NCBI GenBank assembly: GCA_964016885.1 | Contig: OZ024741.1 | Span: 374,046,001-374,110,000 of the forward strand | Origin: Eledone cirrhosa | Lineage: Eukaryota | DNA: 64,000 nt | Direction: 5' to 3' | In this document: positions 1 through 14,898 of the stretch, in pieces | How positions within the stretch are numbered: position 1 is the first letter of the stretch | Layout of the letters: each line of letters starts with the position of its first letter | The notes under the pieces: generated by a model | Seen by the model: only the letters and a program-made list of their open reading frames with translations | What the model was told of the DNA's origin: nothing | Databases searched by the model: none | Translations under genes and position numbers: made by a program

Positions 1-1499
1 CAATAGTTTAATACTATCTACAGTAGCAGTAATTACCAATAGTTTAATACTAACTACAGTAGCAGTAATTACCAATAGTTTAATACTAACTACAGTAGCA
101 GTAATTACCAATATTTTAATACTAACTACAATAGCAGTAATTACCAATAGTTTAATACTAACTACAGTAGCAGTAATTACCAATAGTTTAATACTAACTA
201 CAATAGCAGTAATTACCAATAGTTTAATACTAACTACAGTAGCATTAATTACCAATAGTTTAATACTAACTACAGTAGCAGTAATTACCAATAGTTTAAT
301 ACTAACTACAATAGCAGTAATTACCAATAGTTTAATACTAATTACAGTAGCAGTAATTACCAATAGTTTAATACTAACTACAATAGCACTAATTACCAAT
401 AGTTTAATACTAACTACAGTAGCAGTAATTACCAATAGTTTAATACTAACTACAGTAGCAGTAATTACCAATAGTTTAATACTAACTACAGTAGCAGTAA
501 TTACCAATAGTTTAATACTAACTACAGTAGCAGTAATTACCAATAGTTTAATACTAACTACAGTAGCAGTAATTACCAATAGTTTAATACTAACTACAGT
601 AGCAGTAATTACCAATAGTTTAATACTAACTACAGTAGCAGTAATTACCAATAGTTTAATACTAACTACAGTAGCAGTAATTACCAATATTTTAATACTA
701 ACTACAGTAGCAGTAATTACCAATAGTTTAATACTAACTACAATAGCAGTAATTACCAATAGTTGAATACTAACTACAGTAGCAGTAATTACCAATAGTT
801 TAATACTAACTACAGTAGCAGTAATTACCAATAGTTTAATACTAACTACAATAGAACTAATTACCAATAGTTTAATACTAACTACAGTAGCAGTAATTAC
901 AAATAGTTTAATACTAATTACAATAGCAATAATTAACAATAGTTTAATACTATCTACAACAGCAGTAATTACCAATAGTTTAATACTAACTACAGTAGCA
1001 GTAATTACAAATAGTTTAATACTATCTACAACAGCTGTAATTACCAATAGTTTAATACTAACTACAACAGCAGTAATTACCAATAGTTTAATACTAACTA
1101 CAGTAGCAGTAATTACCAGTAGTTTAATACTAACTACAATAGCAGTAATTACCAATAGTTTAATACTAACTATAATAGAAGTAATTTTCAATAGTTTAAT
1201 CCTAACTACAGTAGCAGTATTTACCAATAGTTTAATACTAACTACAATAGCAGTAATTGCCAATAGTTTAATACTAACTACAATAGCAGTAATTACCAAT
1301 AGTTTAATACTAACTACAGTAGCAGTAATTACCAATAGTTTAATACTAACTACAATAGCAGTAATTACCAATAGTTTAATACTAACTACAGTAGCAGTAA
1401 TTACCAATAGTTTAATACTAACTACAATAGAAGTAATTACAAATAGTTTAATACTAACTACAGTAGCAGTAATTACCAATAGTTTAATACTAACTACAA

Positions 1500-4400
1500 C
1501 AGCAGTAATTACCAATAGTTTAATACTAACTACAGTAGCAGTAATTATAAATAGTTTAATACTGACTACAATAGCAGTAATTACCAATAGTTTAATACTA
1601 ACTACAATAGCAGTAATTACCAATACTTTAATACTAACTAGAGTAGCAGTAATTACCAATAGTTTAATACTAACTACAGTATCAGTAATTACCAATAGAT
1701 TAATACTAACTACAACAGCAGTAATTACCAATAGTTTAATACTAACTACAATAGCAGTAATTACCAATAGTTTAATACTAACTACAGTAGCAGTAATTAC
1801 CAATAGTTTAATACTAACTACAATAGCAATAATTACCATTAGTTTAATACTAACTACAATAGCAGTAATTACCAATAGTTTAATACTAACTACAGTAGCA
1901 GTAATTACCATTAGTTTAATACTAACTAAAGTAGCAGTAATTGCCAATAGTTTAATACTAACTACAATAGCTGTAATTAACAATAGTTTAATACTAACTA
2001 CAATAGCAGTAATTACCAATAGTTTAATACTAACTAAAGTAGCAGTAATTACCAATAGTTTAATACTAACTAAAACAGCAGTAATTACCAATAGTTTAAT
2101 ACTAACTACAGTAGCACTAATTACCAATAGTTTAATACTAACTACAGTAGCAGTAATTACCAATAGTTTAATACTAACTACAATAGTAGTATTTACCAAT
2201 AGTTTAATATTAACTACAGTAGCAGTAATTACCAATAGTTTAACACTAACTACAGTAGCAGTAATTACTAATAGTTTAATACTAACTACAATAGCAGTAA
2301 TTACCAATAGTTTAATACTAACTACAATAGCAGGAATTACCAATAGTTTAATACTAACTATAGTAGCAGTAATTACCAATAGTTTAATACTAACTACAGT
2401 AGCAGTAATTACCAATAGTTTAATACTAACTACAATAGCTGTAATTACCAATAGTTTAATACTAACTAAAATTGCAGTAATTACCAATAGTTTAATACTA
2501 ACTAAAGTAGCAGTAATTACCAATAGTTTAATACTAACTAAAACAGCAGTGATTACCAATAGTTTAATACTAACTACAGTAGCAGTAATTACCAATAGTT
2601 TAATACTAACTACAGTAGCAGTAATTACCAATAGTTTAATATTAACTACAGTAGCAGTAATTACCAATATTTTAATAGTACCTACAGTAGCAGTAATTTC
2701 CAATACTTTAATACTAACTACAGTAGCAGTAATTACCAATAATTTAATACTAACTACACTAGCAGTAATTACCATAGTTTAATACTAACTACAATAGCAG
2801 CAATTACCAATAGTCTAATACTAACTACAATAGAAGTAATTACCAATAGTTTAATACTAACTACAATACCAGTAATTACCAATAGTTTAATACTAACTAC
2901 AATAGCAGTAATTACCAATAGTTTAATACTAACTACAATACCAGTAATTACCAATAGTTTAATACTAACTACAGTAGCAGTAATTACCAATAGTTTAATA
3001 CTAACTACAGTAGCAGTAATTACCAATATTTTAATACTAACTACAATAGCAGTAATTACCAATAGTTTAATACTAACTACAGTAGCAGTAATTACCAATA
3101 GTTTAATACTAACTACAATAGCAGTAATTACCAATAGTTTAATACTAACTACAGTAGCAGTAATTACCAATAGTTTAATACTAACTACAGTAGCAGTAAT
3201 TACCAATAGTTTAATACTAACTACAATAGCAGTAATTACCAATAGTTTAATACTAACTACAATAGCACTAATTACCAATAGTTTAATACTAACTACAGTA
3301 GCAGTAATTGCAAATAGTTTAATACTAATTACAATAGCAATAATTACCAATAGTTTAATACTAACTACAGTAGCAGTAATTACAAATAGTTTAATACTAT
3401 CTACAACAGCAGTAATTACCAATAGTTTAATACTAACTACAGTAGCAGTAATTACAAATAGTTTAATACTATCTACAACAGCAGTAATTACCAATAGTTT
3501 AATACTAACTACAACAGCAGTAATTACCAATAGTTTAATACTAACTACAGTAGCAGTAATTACCAGTAGTTTAATACTAACTACAATAGCAGTAATTACC
3601 AATAGTTTAATACTAACTACAATAGAAGTAATTTTCAATAGTTTAATCCTAACTACAGTAGCAGTATTTACCAATAGTTTAATACTAACTACAATAGCAG
3701 TAATTGCCAATAGTTTAATACTAACTACAATAGCAGTAATTACCAATAGTTTAATACTAACTACAGTAGCAGTAATTACCAATAGTTTAATACTACCTAC
3801 AATAGCAGTAATTACCAATAGTTTAATACTAACTACAGTAGCAGTAATTACCAATAGTTTAATACTAACTACAATAGAAGTAATTACCAATAGTTTAATA
3901 CTAACTACAGTAGCAGTAATTACCAATAGTTTAATACTAACTACAGTAGCAGTAATTATAAATGGTTTAATACTGACTACAATAGCAGTAATTACCAATA
4001 GTTTAATACTAACTACAATAGCAGTAATTACCAATAGTTTAATACTAACTAGAGTAGCAGTAATTACCAATAGTTTAATACTAACTACAGTATCAGTAAT
4101 TACCAATAGATTAATACTAACTGCAACAGCAGTAATTACCAATAGTTTAATACTAACTACAATAGCAGTAATTACCAATAGTTTAATACTAACTACAGTA
4201 GCAGTAATTACCAATAGTTTAATACTAACTACAATAGCAATAATTACCATTAGTTTAATACTAACTACAATAGCAGTAATTACCAATAGTTTAATACTAA
4301 CTACAGTAACAGTAATTACCATTAGTTTAATACTAACTAAAGTAGCAGTAATTGCCAATAGTTTAATACTAACTACAATAGTTGTAATTACCAATAGTTT

Positions 4401-7400
4401 AATACTAACTACAATAGCAGTAATTACCAATAGTTTAATACTAACTACAGTAGCAGTAATTACCAATAGTTTAATACTAACTACAATAGCAATAATTACC
4501 ATTAGTTTAATACTAACTACAATAGCAGTAATTACCAATAGTTTAATACTAACTACAGTAGCAGTAATTACCATTAGTTTAATACTAACTAAAGTAGCAG
4601 TAATTGCCAATAGTTTAATACTAACTACAATAGCTGTAATTAACAATAGTTTAATACTAACTACAATAGCAGTAATTACCAATAGTTTAATACTAACTAA
4701 AGTAGCAGTAATTACCAATAGTTTAATACTAACTAAAACAGCAGTAATTACCAATAGTTTAATACTAACTACAGTAGCACTAATTACCAATAGTTTAATA
4801 CTAACTACAGTAGCAGTAATTACCAATAGTTTAATACTAACTACAATAGTAGTATTTACCAATAGTTTAATATTAACTACAGTAGCAGTAATTACCAATA
4901 GTTTAACACTAACTACAGTAGCAGTAATTACTAATAGTTTAATACTAACTACAATAGCAGTAATTACCAATAGTTTAATACTAACTACAATAGCAGGAAT
5001 TACCAATAGTTTAATACTAACTATAGTAGCAGTAATTACCAATAGTTTAATACTAACTACAGTAGCAGTAATTACCAATAGTTTAATACTAACTACAATA
5101 GCTGTAATTACCAATAGTTTAATACTAACTAAAATTGCAGTAATTACCAATAGTTTAATACTAACTAAAGTAGCAGTAATTACCAATAGTTTAATACTAA
5201 CTAAAACAGCAGTGATTACCAATAGTTTAATACTAACTACAGTAGCAGTAATTACCAATAGTTTAATACTAACTACAGTAGCAGTAATTACCAATAGTTT
5301 AATATTAACTACAGTAGCAGTAATTACCAATATTTTAATAGTACCTACAGTAGCAGTAATTTCCAATACTTTAATACTAACTACAGTAGCAGTAATTACC
5401 AATAATTTAATACTAACTACACTAGCAGTAATTACCATAGTTTAATACTAACTACAATAGCAGCAATTACCAATAGTCTAATACTAACTACAATAGAAGT
5501 AATTACCAATAGTTTAATACTAACTACAATACCAGTAATTACCAATAGTTTAATACTAACTACAATAGCAGTAATTACCAATAGTTTAATACTAACTACA
5601 ATACCAGTAATTACCAATAGTTTAATACTAACTACAGTAGCAGTAATTACCAATAGTTTAATACTAACTACAGTAGCAGTAATTACCAATATTTTAATAC
5701 TAACTACAATAGCAGTAATTACCAATAGTTTAATACTAACTACAGTAGCAGTAATTACCAATAGTTTAATACTAACTACAATAGCAGTAATTACCAATAG
5801 TTTAATACTAACTACAGTAGCAGTAATTACCAATAGTTTAATACTAACTACAGTAGCAGTAATTACCAATAGTTTAATACTAACTACAATAGCAGTAATT
5901 ACCAATAGTTTAATACTAACTACAATAGCACTAATTACCAATAGTTTAATACTAACTACAGTAGCAGTAATTGCAAATAGTTTAATACTAATTACAATAG
6001 CAATAATTACCAATAGTTTAATACTAACTACAGTAGCAGTAATTACAAATAGTTTAATACTATCTACAACAGCAGTAATTACCAATAGTTTAATACTAAC
6101 TACAGTAGCAGTAATTACAAATAGTTTAATACTATCTACAACAGCAGTAATTACCAATAGTTTAATACTAACTACAACAGCAGTAATTACCAATAGTTTA
6201 ATACTAACTACAGTAGCAGTAATTACCAGTAGTTTAATACTAACTACAATAGCAGTAATTACCAATAGTTTAATACTAACTACAATAGAAGTAATTTTCA
6301 ATAGTTTAATCCTAACTACAGTAGCAGTATTTACCAATAGTTTAATACTAACTACAATAGCAGTAATTGCCAATAGTTTAATACTAACTACAATACCAGT
6401 AATTACCAATAGTTTAATACTAACTACAGTAGCAGTAATTACCAATAGTTTAATACTACCTACAATAGCAGTAATTACCAATAGTTTAATACTAACTACA
6501 GTAGCAGTAATTACCAATAGTTTAATACTAACTACAATAGAAGTAATTACCAATAGTTTAATACTAACTACAGTAGCAGTAATTACCAATAGTTTAATAC
6601 TAACTACAGTAGCAGTAATTATAAATGGTTTAATACTGACTACAATAGCAGTAATTACCAATAGTTTAATACTAACTACAATAGCAGTAATTACCAATAG
6701 TTTAATACTAACTAGAGTAGCAGTAATTACCAATAGTTTAATACTAACTACAGTATCAGTAATTACCAATAGATTAATACTAACTGCAACAGCAGTAATT
6801 ACCAATAGTTTAATAATAACTACAATAGCAGTAATTACCAATAGTTTAATACTAACTACAGTAGCAGTAATTACCAATAGTTTAATACTAACTACAATAG
6901 CAATAATTACCATTAGTTTAATACTAACTACAATAGCAGTAATTACCAATAGTTTAATACTAACTACAGTAACAGTAATTACCATTAGTTTAATACTAAC
7001 TAAAGTAGCAGTAATTGCCAATAGTTTAATACTAACTACAATAGTTGTAATTACCAATAGTTTAATACTAACTACAATAGCAGTAATTACCAATAGTTTA
7101 ATACTAACTAAAGTAGCAGTAATTACCAATAGTTTAATACTAACTAAAACAGCAGTAATTACCAATAGTTTAATACTAACTAAAACAGCAGTGATTACCA
7201 ATAGTTTAATACTAACTACAGTAGCAGTAATTACCAATAGTTTAATACTAACTACAGTAGCAGTAATTACCAATAGTTTAATACTAACTACAGTAGCAGT
7301 AATTACCAATATTTTAATACTAACTACAATAGCAGTAATTACCAATAGTTTAATACTAACTACAGTAGCAGTAATTACCAATAGTTTAATACTAACTACA

Positions 7401-10400
7401 ATAGCAGTAATTACCAATAGTTTAATACTAACTACAGTAGCAGTAATTACCAATAGTTTAATACTAACTACAGTAGCAGTAATTACCAATAGTTTAATAC
7501 TAACTACAATAGCAGTAATTACCAATAGTTTAATACTAATTACAGTAGCAGTAATTACCAATAGTTTAATACTAACTACAATAGCACTAATTACCAATAG
7601 TTTAATACTAACTACAGTAGCAGTAATTACCAATAGTTTAATACTAACTACAATAGAAGTAATTACCAATAGTTTAATACTAACTACAGTAGCAGTAATT
7701 ACCAATAGTTTAATACTAACTACAGTAGCAGTAATTATAAATAGTTTAATACTGACTACAATAGCAGTAATTACCAATAGTTTAATACTAACTACAATAG
7801 CAGTAATTACCAATAGTTTAATACTAACTAGAGTAGCAGTAATTACCAATAGTTTAATACTAACTACAGTATCAGTAATTACCAATAGATTAATACTAAC
7901 TACAACAGCAGTAATTACCAATAGTTTAATACTAACTACAATAGCAGTAATTACCAATAGTTTAATACTAACTACAGTAGCAGTAATTACCAATAGTTTA
8001 ATACTAACTACAATAGCAATAATTACCATTAGTTTAATACTAACTACAATAGCAGTAATTACCAATAGTTTAATACTAACTACAGTAGCAGTAATTACCA
8101 TTAGTTTAATACTAACTAAAGTAGCAGTAATTGCCAATAGTTTAATACTAACTACAATAGCTGTAATTAACAATAGTTTAATACTAACTACAATAGCAGT
8201 AATTACCAATAGTTTAATACTAACTAAAGTAGCAGTAATTACCAATAGTTTAATACTAACTAAAACAGCAGTAATTACCAATAGTTTAATACTAACTACA
8301 GTAGCACTAATTACCAATAGTTTAATACTAACTACAGTAGCAGTAATTACCAATAGTTTAATACTAACTACAATAGTAGTATTTACCAATAGTTTAATAT
8401 TAACTACAGTAGCAGTAATTACCAATAGTTTAACACTAACTACAGTAGCAGTAATTACTAATAGTTTAATACTAACTACAATAGCAGTAATTACCAATAG
8501 TTTAATACTAACTACAATAGCAGGAATTACCAATAGTTTAATACTAACTATAGTAGCAGTAATTACCAATAGTTAAAAACTAACTACAGTAGCAGTAATT
8601 ACCAATAGTTTAATACTAACTACAATAGCTGTAATTACCAATAGTTTAATACTAACTAAAATTGCAGTAATTACCAATAGTTTAATACTAACTAAAGTAG
8701 CAGTAATTACCAATAGTTTAATACTAACTAAAACAGCAGTGATTACCAATAGTTTAATACTAACTACAGTAGCAGTAATTACCAATAGTTTAATACTAAC
8801 TACAGTAGCAGTAATTACCAATAGTTTAATATTAACTACAGTAGCAGTAATTACCAATATTTTAATAGTACCTACAGTAGCAGTAATTTCCAATACTTTA
8901 ATACTAACTACAGTAGCAGTAATTACCAATAATTTAATACTAACTACACTAGCAGTAATTACCATAGTTTAATACTAACTACAATAGCAGTAATTACCAA
9001 TAATTTAATACTAACTAAAGTAGCAGTAATTACCAATAGTTTAATACTAACTAAAACAGCAGTAATTACCAATAGTTTAATACTAACTACAGTAGCACTA
9101 ATTACCAATAGTTTAATCCTAACTACAGTAGCAGTATTTACCAATAGTTTAATAGTAACTACAATAGCAGTAATTGCCAATAGTTTAATACTAACTACAA
9201 TAGCAGTAATTACCAATAGTTTAATACTAACTACAGTAGCAGTAATTACCAATAGTTTAATACTACCTACAATAGCAGTAATTACCAATAGTTTAATACT
9301 AACTACAGTAGCAGTAATTACCAATAGTTTAATACTAACTACAATAGAAGTAATTACCAATAGTTTAATACTAACTACAGTAGCAGTAATTACCAATAGT
9401 TTAATACTAACTACAGTAGCAGTAATTATAAATAGTTTAATACTGACTACAATAGCAGTAATTACCAATAGTTTAATACTAACTACAATAGCAGTAATTA
9501 CCAATAGTTTAATACTAACTAGAGTAGCAGTAATTACCAATAGTTTAATACTAACTACAGTATCAGTAATTACCAATAGATTAATACTAACTGCAACAGC
9601 AGTAATTACCAATAGTTTAATACTAACTACAATAGCAGTAATTACCAATAGTTTAATACTAACTACAGTAGCAGTAATTACCAATAGTTTAATACTAACT
9701 ACAATAGCAATAATTACCATTAGTTTAATACTAACTACAATAGCAGTAATTACCAATAGTTTAATACTAACTACAGTAACAGTAATTACCATTAGTTTAA
9801 TACTAACTAAAGTAGCAGTAATTGCCAATAGTTTAATACTAACTACAATAGTTGTAATTACCAATAGTTTAATACTAACTACAATAGCAGTAATTACCAA
9901 TAGTTTAATACTAACTAAAGTAGCAGTAATTACCAATAGTTTAATACTAACTAAAACAGCAGTAATTACCAATAGTTTAATACTAACTAAAACAGCAGTG
10001 ATTACCAATAGTTTAATACTAACTACAGTAGCAGTAATTACCAATAGTTTAATACTAACTACAGTAGCAGTAATTACCAATAGTTTAATACTAACTACAG
10101 TAGCAGTAATTACCAATAGTTTAATACTAACTACAATAGCAGTAATTACCAATAGTTTAATACTAATTACAGTAGCAGTAATTACCAATAGTTTAATACT
10201 AACTACAATAGCACTAATTACCAATAGTTTAATACTAACTACAGTAGCAGTAATTACCAATAGTTTAATACTAACTACAATAGAAGTAATTACCAATAGT
10301 TTAATACTAACTACAGTAGCAGTAATTACCAATAGTTTAATACTAACTACAACAGCAGTAATTACCAATAGTTTAATACTAACTACAGTAGCAGTAATTA

Positions 10401-11635
10401 TAAATAGTTGAATACTGACTACAATAGCAGTAATTACCAATAGTTTAATACTAACTACAATAGCAGTAATTACCAATAGTTTAATACTAACTAGAGTAGC
10501 AGTAATTACCAATAGTTTAATACTAACTACAGTATCAGTAATTACCAATAGATTAATACTAACTACAACAGCAGTAATTACCAATAGTTTAATACTAACT
10601 ACAATAGCAGTAATTACCAATAGTTTAATACTAACTACAGTAGCAGTAATTACCAATAGTTTAATACTAACTACAATAGCAATAATTACCATTAGTTTAA
10701 TACTAACTACAATAGCAGTAATTACCAATAGTTTAATACTAACTACAGTAGCAGTAATTACCATTAGTTTAATACTAACTACAGTAGCAGTAATTGCCAA
10801 TAGTTTAATACTAACTACAATAGCAGTAATTAACAATAGTTTAATACTAACTACAATAGCAGTAATTACCAATAGTTTAATACTAACTAAAGTAGCAGTA
10901 ATTACCAATAGTTTAATACTAACTAAAACAGCAGTAATTACCAATAGTTTAATACTAACTACAGTAGCACTAATTACCAATAGTTTAATACTAACTACAG
11001 TAGCAGTAATTACCAATAGTTTAATACTAACTACAATAGTAGTATTTACCAATAGTTTAATATTAACTACAGTAGCAGTAATTACCAATAGTTTAACACT
11101 AACTACAGTAGCAGTAATTACTAATAGTTTAATACTAACTACAATAGCAGTAATTACCAATAGTTTAATACTAACTACAATAGCAGGAATTACCAATAGT
11201 TTAATACTAACTATAGTAGCAGTAATTACCAATAGTTTAATACTAACTACAGTAGCAGTAATTACCAATAGTTTAATACTAACTACAATAGCTGTAATTA
11301 CCAATAGTTTAATACTAACTAAAATTGCAGTAATTACCAATAGTTTAATACTAACTAAAGTAGCAGTAATTACCAATAGTTTAATACTAACTAAAACAGC
11401 AGTGATTACCAATAGTTTAATACTAACTACAGTAGCAGTAATTACCAATAGTTTAATACTAACTACAGTAGCAGTAATTACCAATAGTTTAATATTAACT
11501 ACAGTAGCAGTAATTACCAATATTTTAATAGTACCTACAGTAGCAGTAATTTCCAATACTTTAATACTAACTACAGTAGCAGTAATTACCAATAATTTAA
11601 TACTAACTACACTAGCAGTAATTACCATAGTTTAA
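1500..11635. repeat. Irregular higher-order repeat blocks, each ending in the same variant cassette and a 35-bp monomer
   Basis: The cassette (...AAAATTGCAG...GTACCTAC...TTTCCAATACTTT...ACACTAGCAGTAATTACCATAG) ends near 2775, 5438, 8965 and 11628. Spacings are 2663, 3527 and 2663 bp (74, 98 and 74 monomers minus 1 bp), and the track shows four identical 77-aa ORFs. Left boundary approximate. Confidence 0.9.
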
Positions 11636-14600
11636 TACTAACTACAATAGCAGCAATTACCAATAGTCTAATACTAACTACAATAGAAGTAATTACCAAT
11701 AGTTTAATACTAACTACAATACCAGTAATTACCAATAGTTTAATACTAACTACAATAGCAGTAATTACCAATAGTATAATACTAACTACAATACCAGTAA
11801 TGTACCAATAGTTTAATACTAACTACAGTAGCAGTAATTACCAATAGTTTAATACTAACTACAGTAGCAGTAATTACCAATATTTTAATACAAACTACAA
11901 TAGCAGTAATTACCAATAGTTTAATACTAACTACAGTAGCAGTAATTACCAATAGTTTAATACTAACTACAATAGCAGTAATTACCAATAGTTTAATACT
12001 AACTACAGTAGCAGTAATTACCAATAGTTTAATACTAACTACACTAGGAGTAATTACCAATAGTTTAATACTAACTACAATAGCAGTAATTACCAATAGT
12101 TTAATACTAACTACAATAGCACTAATTACCAATAGTTTAATACTAACTACAGTAGCAGTAATTGCAAATAGTTTAATACTAATTACAATAGCAATAATTA
12201 CCAATAGTTTAATACTAACTACAGTAGCAGTAATTACAAATAGTTTAATACTATCTACAACAGCAGTAATTACCAATAGTTTAATACTAACTACAGTAGC
12301 AGTAATTACAAATAGTTTAATACTATCTACAACAGCAGTAATTACCAATAGTTTAATACTAACTACAACAGCAGTAATTACCAATAGTTTAATACTAACT
12401 ACAGTAGCAGTAATTACCAGTAGTTTAATACTAACTACAATAGCAGTAATTACCAATAGTTTAATACTAACTACAATAGAAGTAATTTTCAATAGTTTAA
12501 TCCTAACTACAGTAGCAGTATTTACCAATAGTTTAATACTAACTACAATAGCAGTAATTGCCAATAGTTTAATACTAACTACAATAGCAGTAATTACCAA
12601 TAGTTTAATACTAACTACAGTAGTAGTAATTACCAATAGTTTAATACTATCTACAATAGCAGTAATTACCAATAGTTTAATACTAACTACAGTAGCAGTA
12701 ATTACCAATAGTTTAATACTAACTACAATAGAAGTAATTACCAATAGTTTAATACTAACTACAGTAGCAGTAATTACCAATAGTTTAATACTAACTACAG
12801 TAGCAGTAATTATAAATAGTTTAATACTGACTACAATAGCAGTAATTACCAATAGTTTAATACTAACTACAATAGCAGTAATTACCAATAGTTTAATACT
12901 AACTAGAGTAGCAGTAATTACCAATAGTTTAATACTAACTACAGTATCAGTAATTACCAATAGATTAATACTAACTGCAACAGCAGTAATTACCAATAGT
13001 TTAATACTAACTACAATAGCAGTAATTACCAATAGTTTAATACTAACTACAGTAGCAGTAATTATAAATAGTTTAATACTGACTACAATAGCAGTAATTA
13101 CCAATAGTTTAATACTAACTACAATAGCAGTAATTACCAATAGTTTAATACTAACTACAGTATCAGTAATTACCAATAGATTAATACTAACTGCAACAGC
13201 AGTAATTACCAATAGTTTAATACTAACTACAATAGCAGTAATTACCAATAGTTTAATACTAACTACAGTAACAGTAATTACCATTAGTTTAATACTAACT
13301 AAAGTAGCAGTAATTGCCAATAGTTTAATACTAACTACAATAGTTGTAATTACCAATAGTTTAATACTAACTACAATAGCAGTAATTACCAATAGTTTAA
13401 TACTAACTAAAGTAGCAGTAATTACCAATAGTTTAATACTAACTAAAACAGCAGTAATTACCAATAGTTTAATACTAACTAAAACAGCAGTGATTACCAA
13501 TAGTTTAATACTAACTACAGTAGCAGTAATTACCAATAGTTTAATACTAACTACAGTAGCAGTAATTACCAATAGTTTAATACTAACTACAGTAGCAGTA
13601 ATTACCAATATTTTAATACTAACTACAATAGCAGTAATTACCAATAGTTTAATACTAACTACAGTAGCAGTAATTACCAATAGTTTAATACTAACTACAA
13701 TAGCAGTAATTACCAATAGTTTAATACTAACTACAGTAGCAGTAATTACCAATAGTTTAATACTAACTACAGTAGCAGTAATTACCAATAGTTTAATACT
13801 AACTACAATAGCAGTAATTACCAATAGTTTAATACTAATTACAGTAGTAGTAATTACCAATAGTTTAATACTAACTACAATAGCACTAATTACCAATAGT
13901 TTAATACTAACTACAGTAGCAGTAATTACCAATAGTTTAATACTAACTACAATAGAAGTAATTACCAATAGTTTAATACTAACTACAGTAGCAGTAATTA
14001 CCAATAGTTTAATACTAACTACAGTAGCAGTAATTATAAATAGTTTAATACTGACTACAATAGCAGAAATTACCAATAGTTTAATACTAACTACAATAGC
14101 AGTAATTACCAATAGTTTAATACTAACTAGAGTAGCAGTAATTACCAATAGTTTAATACTAACTACAGTATCAGTAATTACCAATAGATTAATACTAACT
14201 GCAACAGCAGTAATTACCAATAGTTTAATACTAACTACAATAGCAGTAATTACCAATAGTTTAATACTAACTACAGTAGCAGTAATTACCAATAGTTTAA
14301 TACTAACTACAATAGCAATAATTACCATCAGTTTAATACTAACTACAATAGCAGTAATTACCAATAGTTTAATACTAACTACAGTAACAGTAATTACCAT
14401 TAGTTTAATACTAACTAAAGTAGCAGTAATTGCCAATAGTTTAATACTAACTACAATAGTTGTAATTACCAATAGTTTAATACTAACTACAATAGCAGTA
14501 ATTACCAATAGTTTAATACTAACTAAAGTAGCAGTAATTACCAATAGTTTAATACTAACTAAAACAGCAGTAATTACCAATAGTTTAATACTAACTAAAA

Positions 14601-14761
14601 CAGCAGTGATTACCAATAGGTTAATACAAACTAGAGTAGCAGTAATTACCAATAGATTAATACTAAATACAATAGCAGTAATTACCAATAGTTTAATACT
14701 AACTAGAGTAGCAGTAATTACCAATAGTTTAACACTAACTACAGTAGCAGTAATTACCAAT

Positions 14762-14832
14762 CAGTAGTAGTAGTAGTAGTAGTAGTAGTAGCATTAGTAT
14801 TAGTAGTAGTAGTAGTGGTAGTAGTCGTAGTC

Positions 14833-14863
<31 letters not shown>

Positions 14864-14898
14864 CAGTAGTAGTAGTAGTAGCAGTAGTAGCAACAGCG
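14762..14898. repeat. Compound (GTA)n microsatellite island, copy 1 (137 bp)
   Basis: CA(GTA)n GCATTAGTATTA (GTA)n GTG GTA GTA GTC GTA GTC (GTA)10 GCA (GTA)5 GCA GTA GTA GCAACAGCG, lying between CCAAT and AGCAGTAATTAC of a monomer. Confidence 0.97.
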
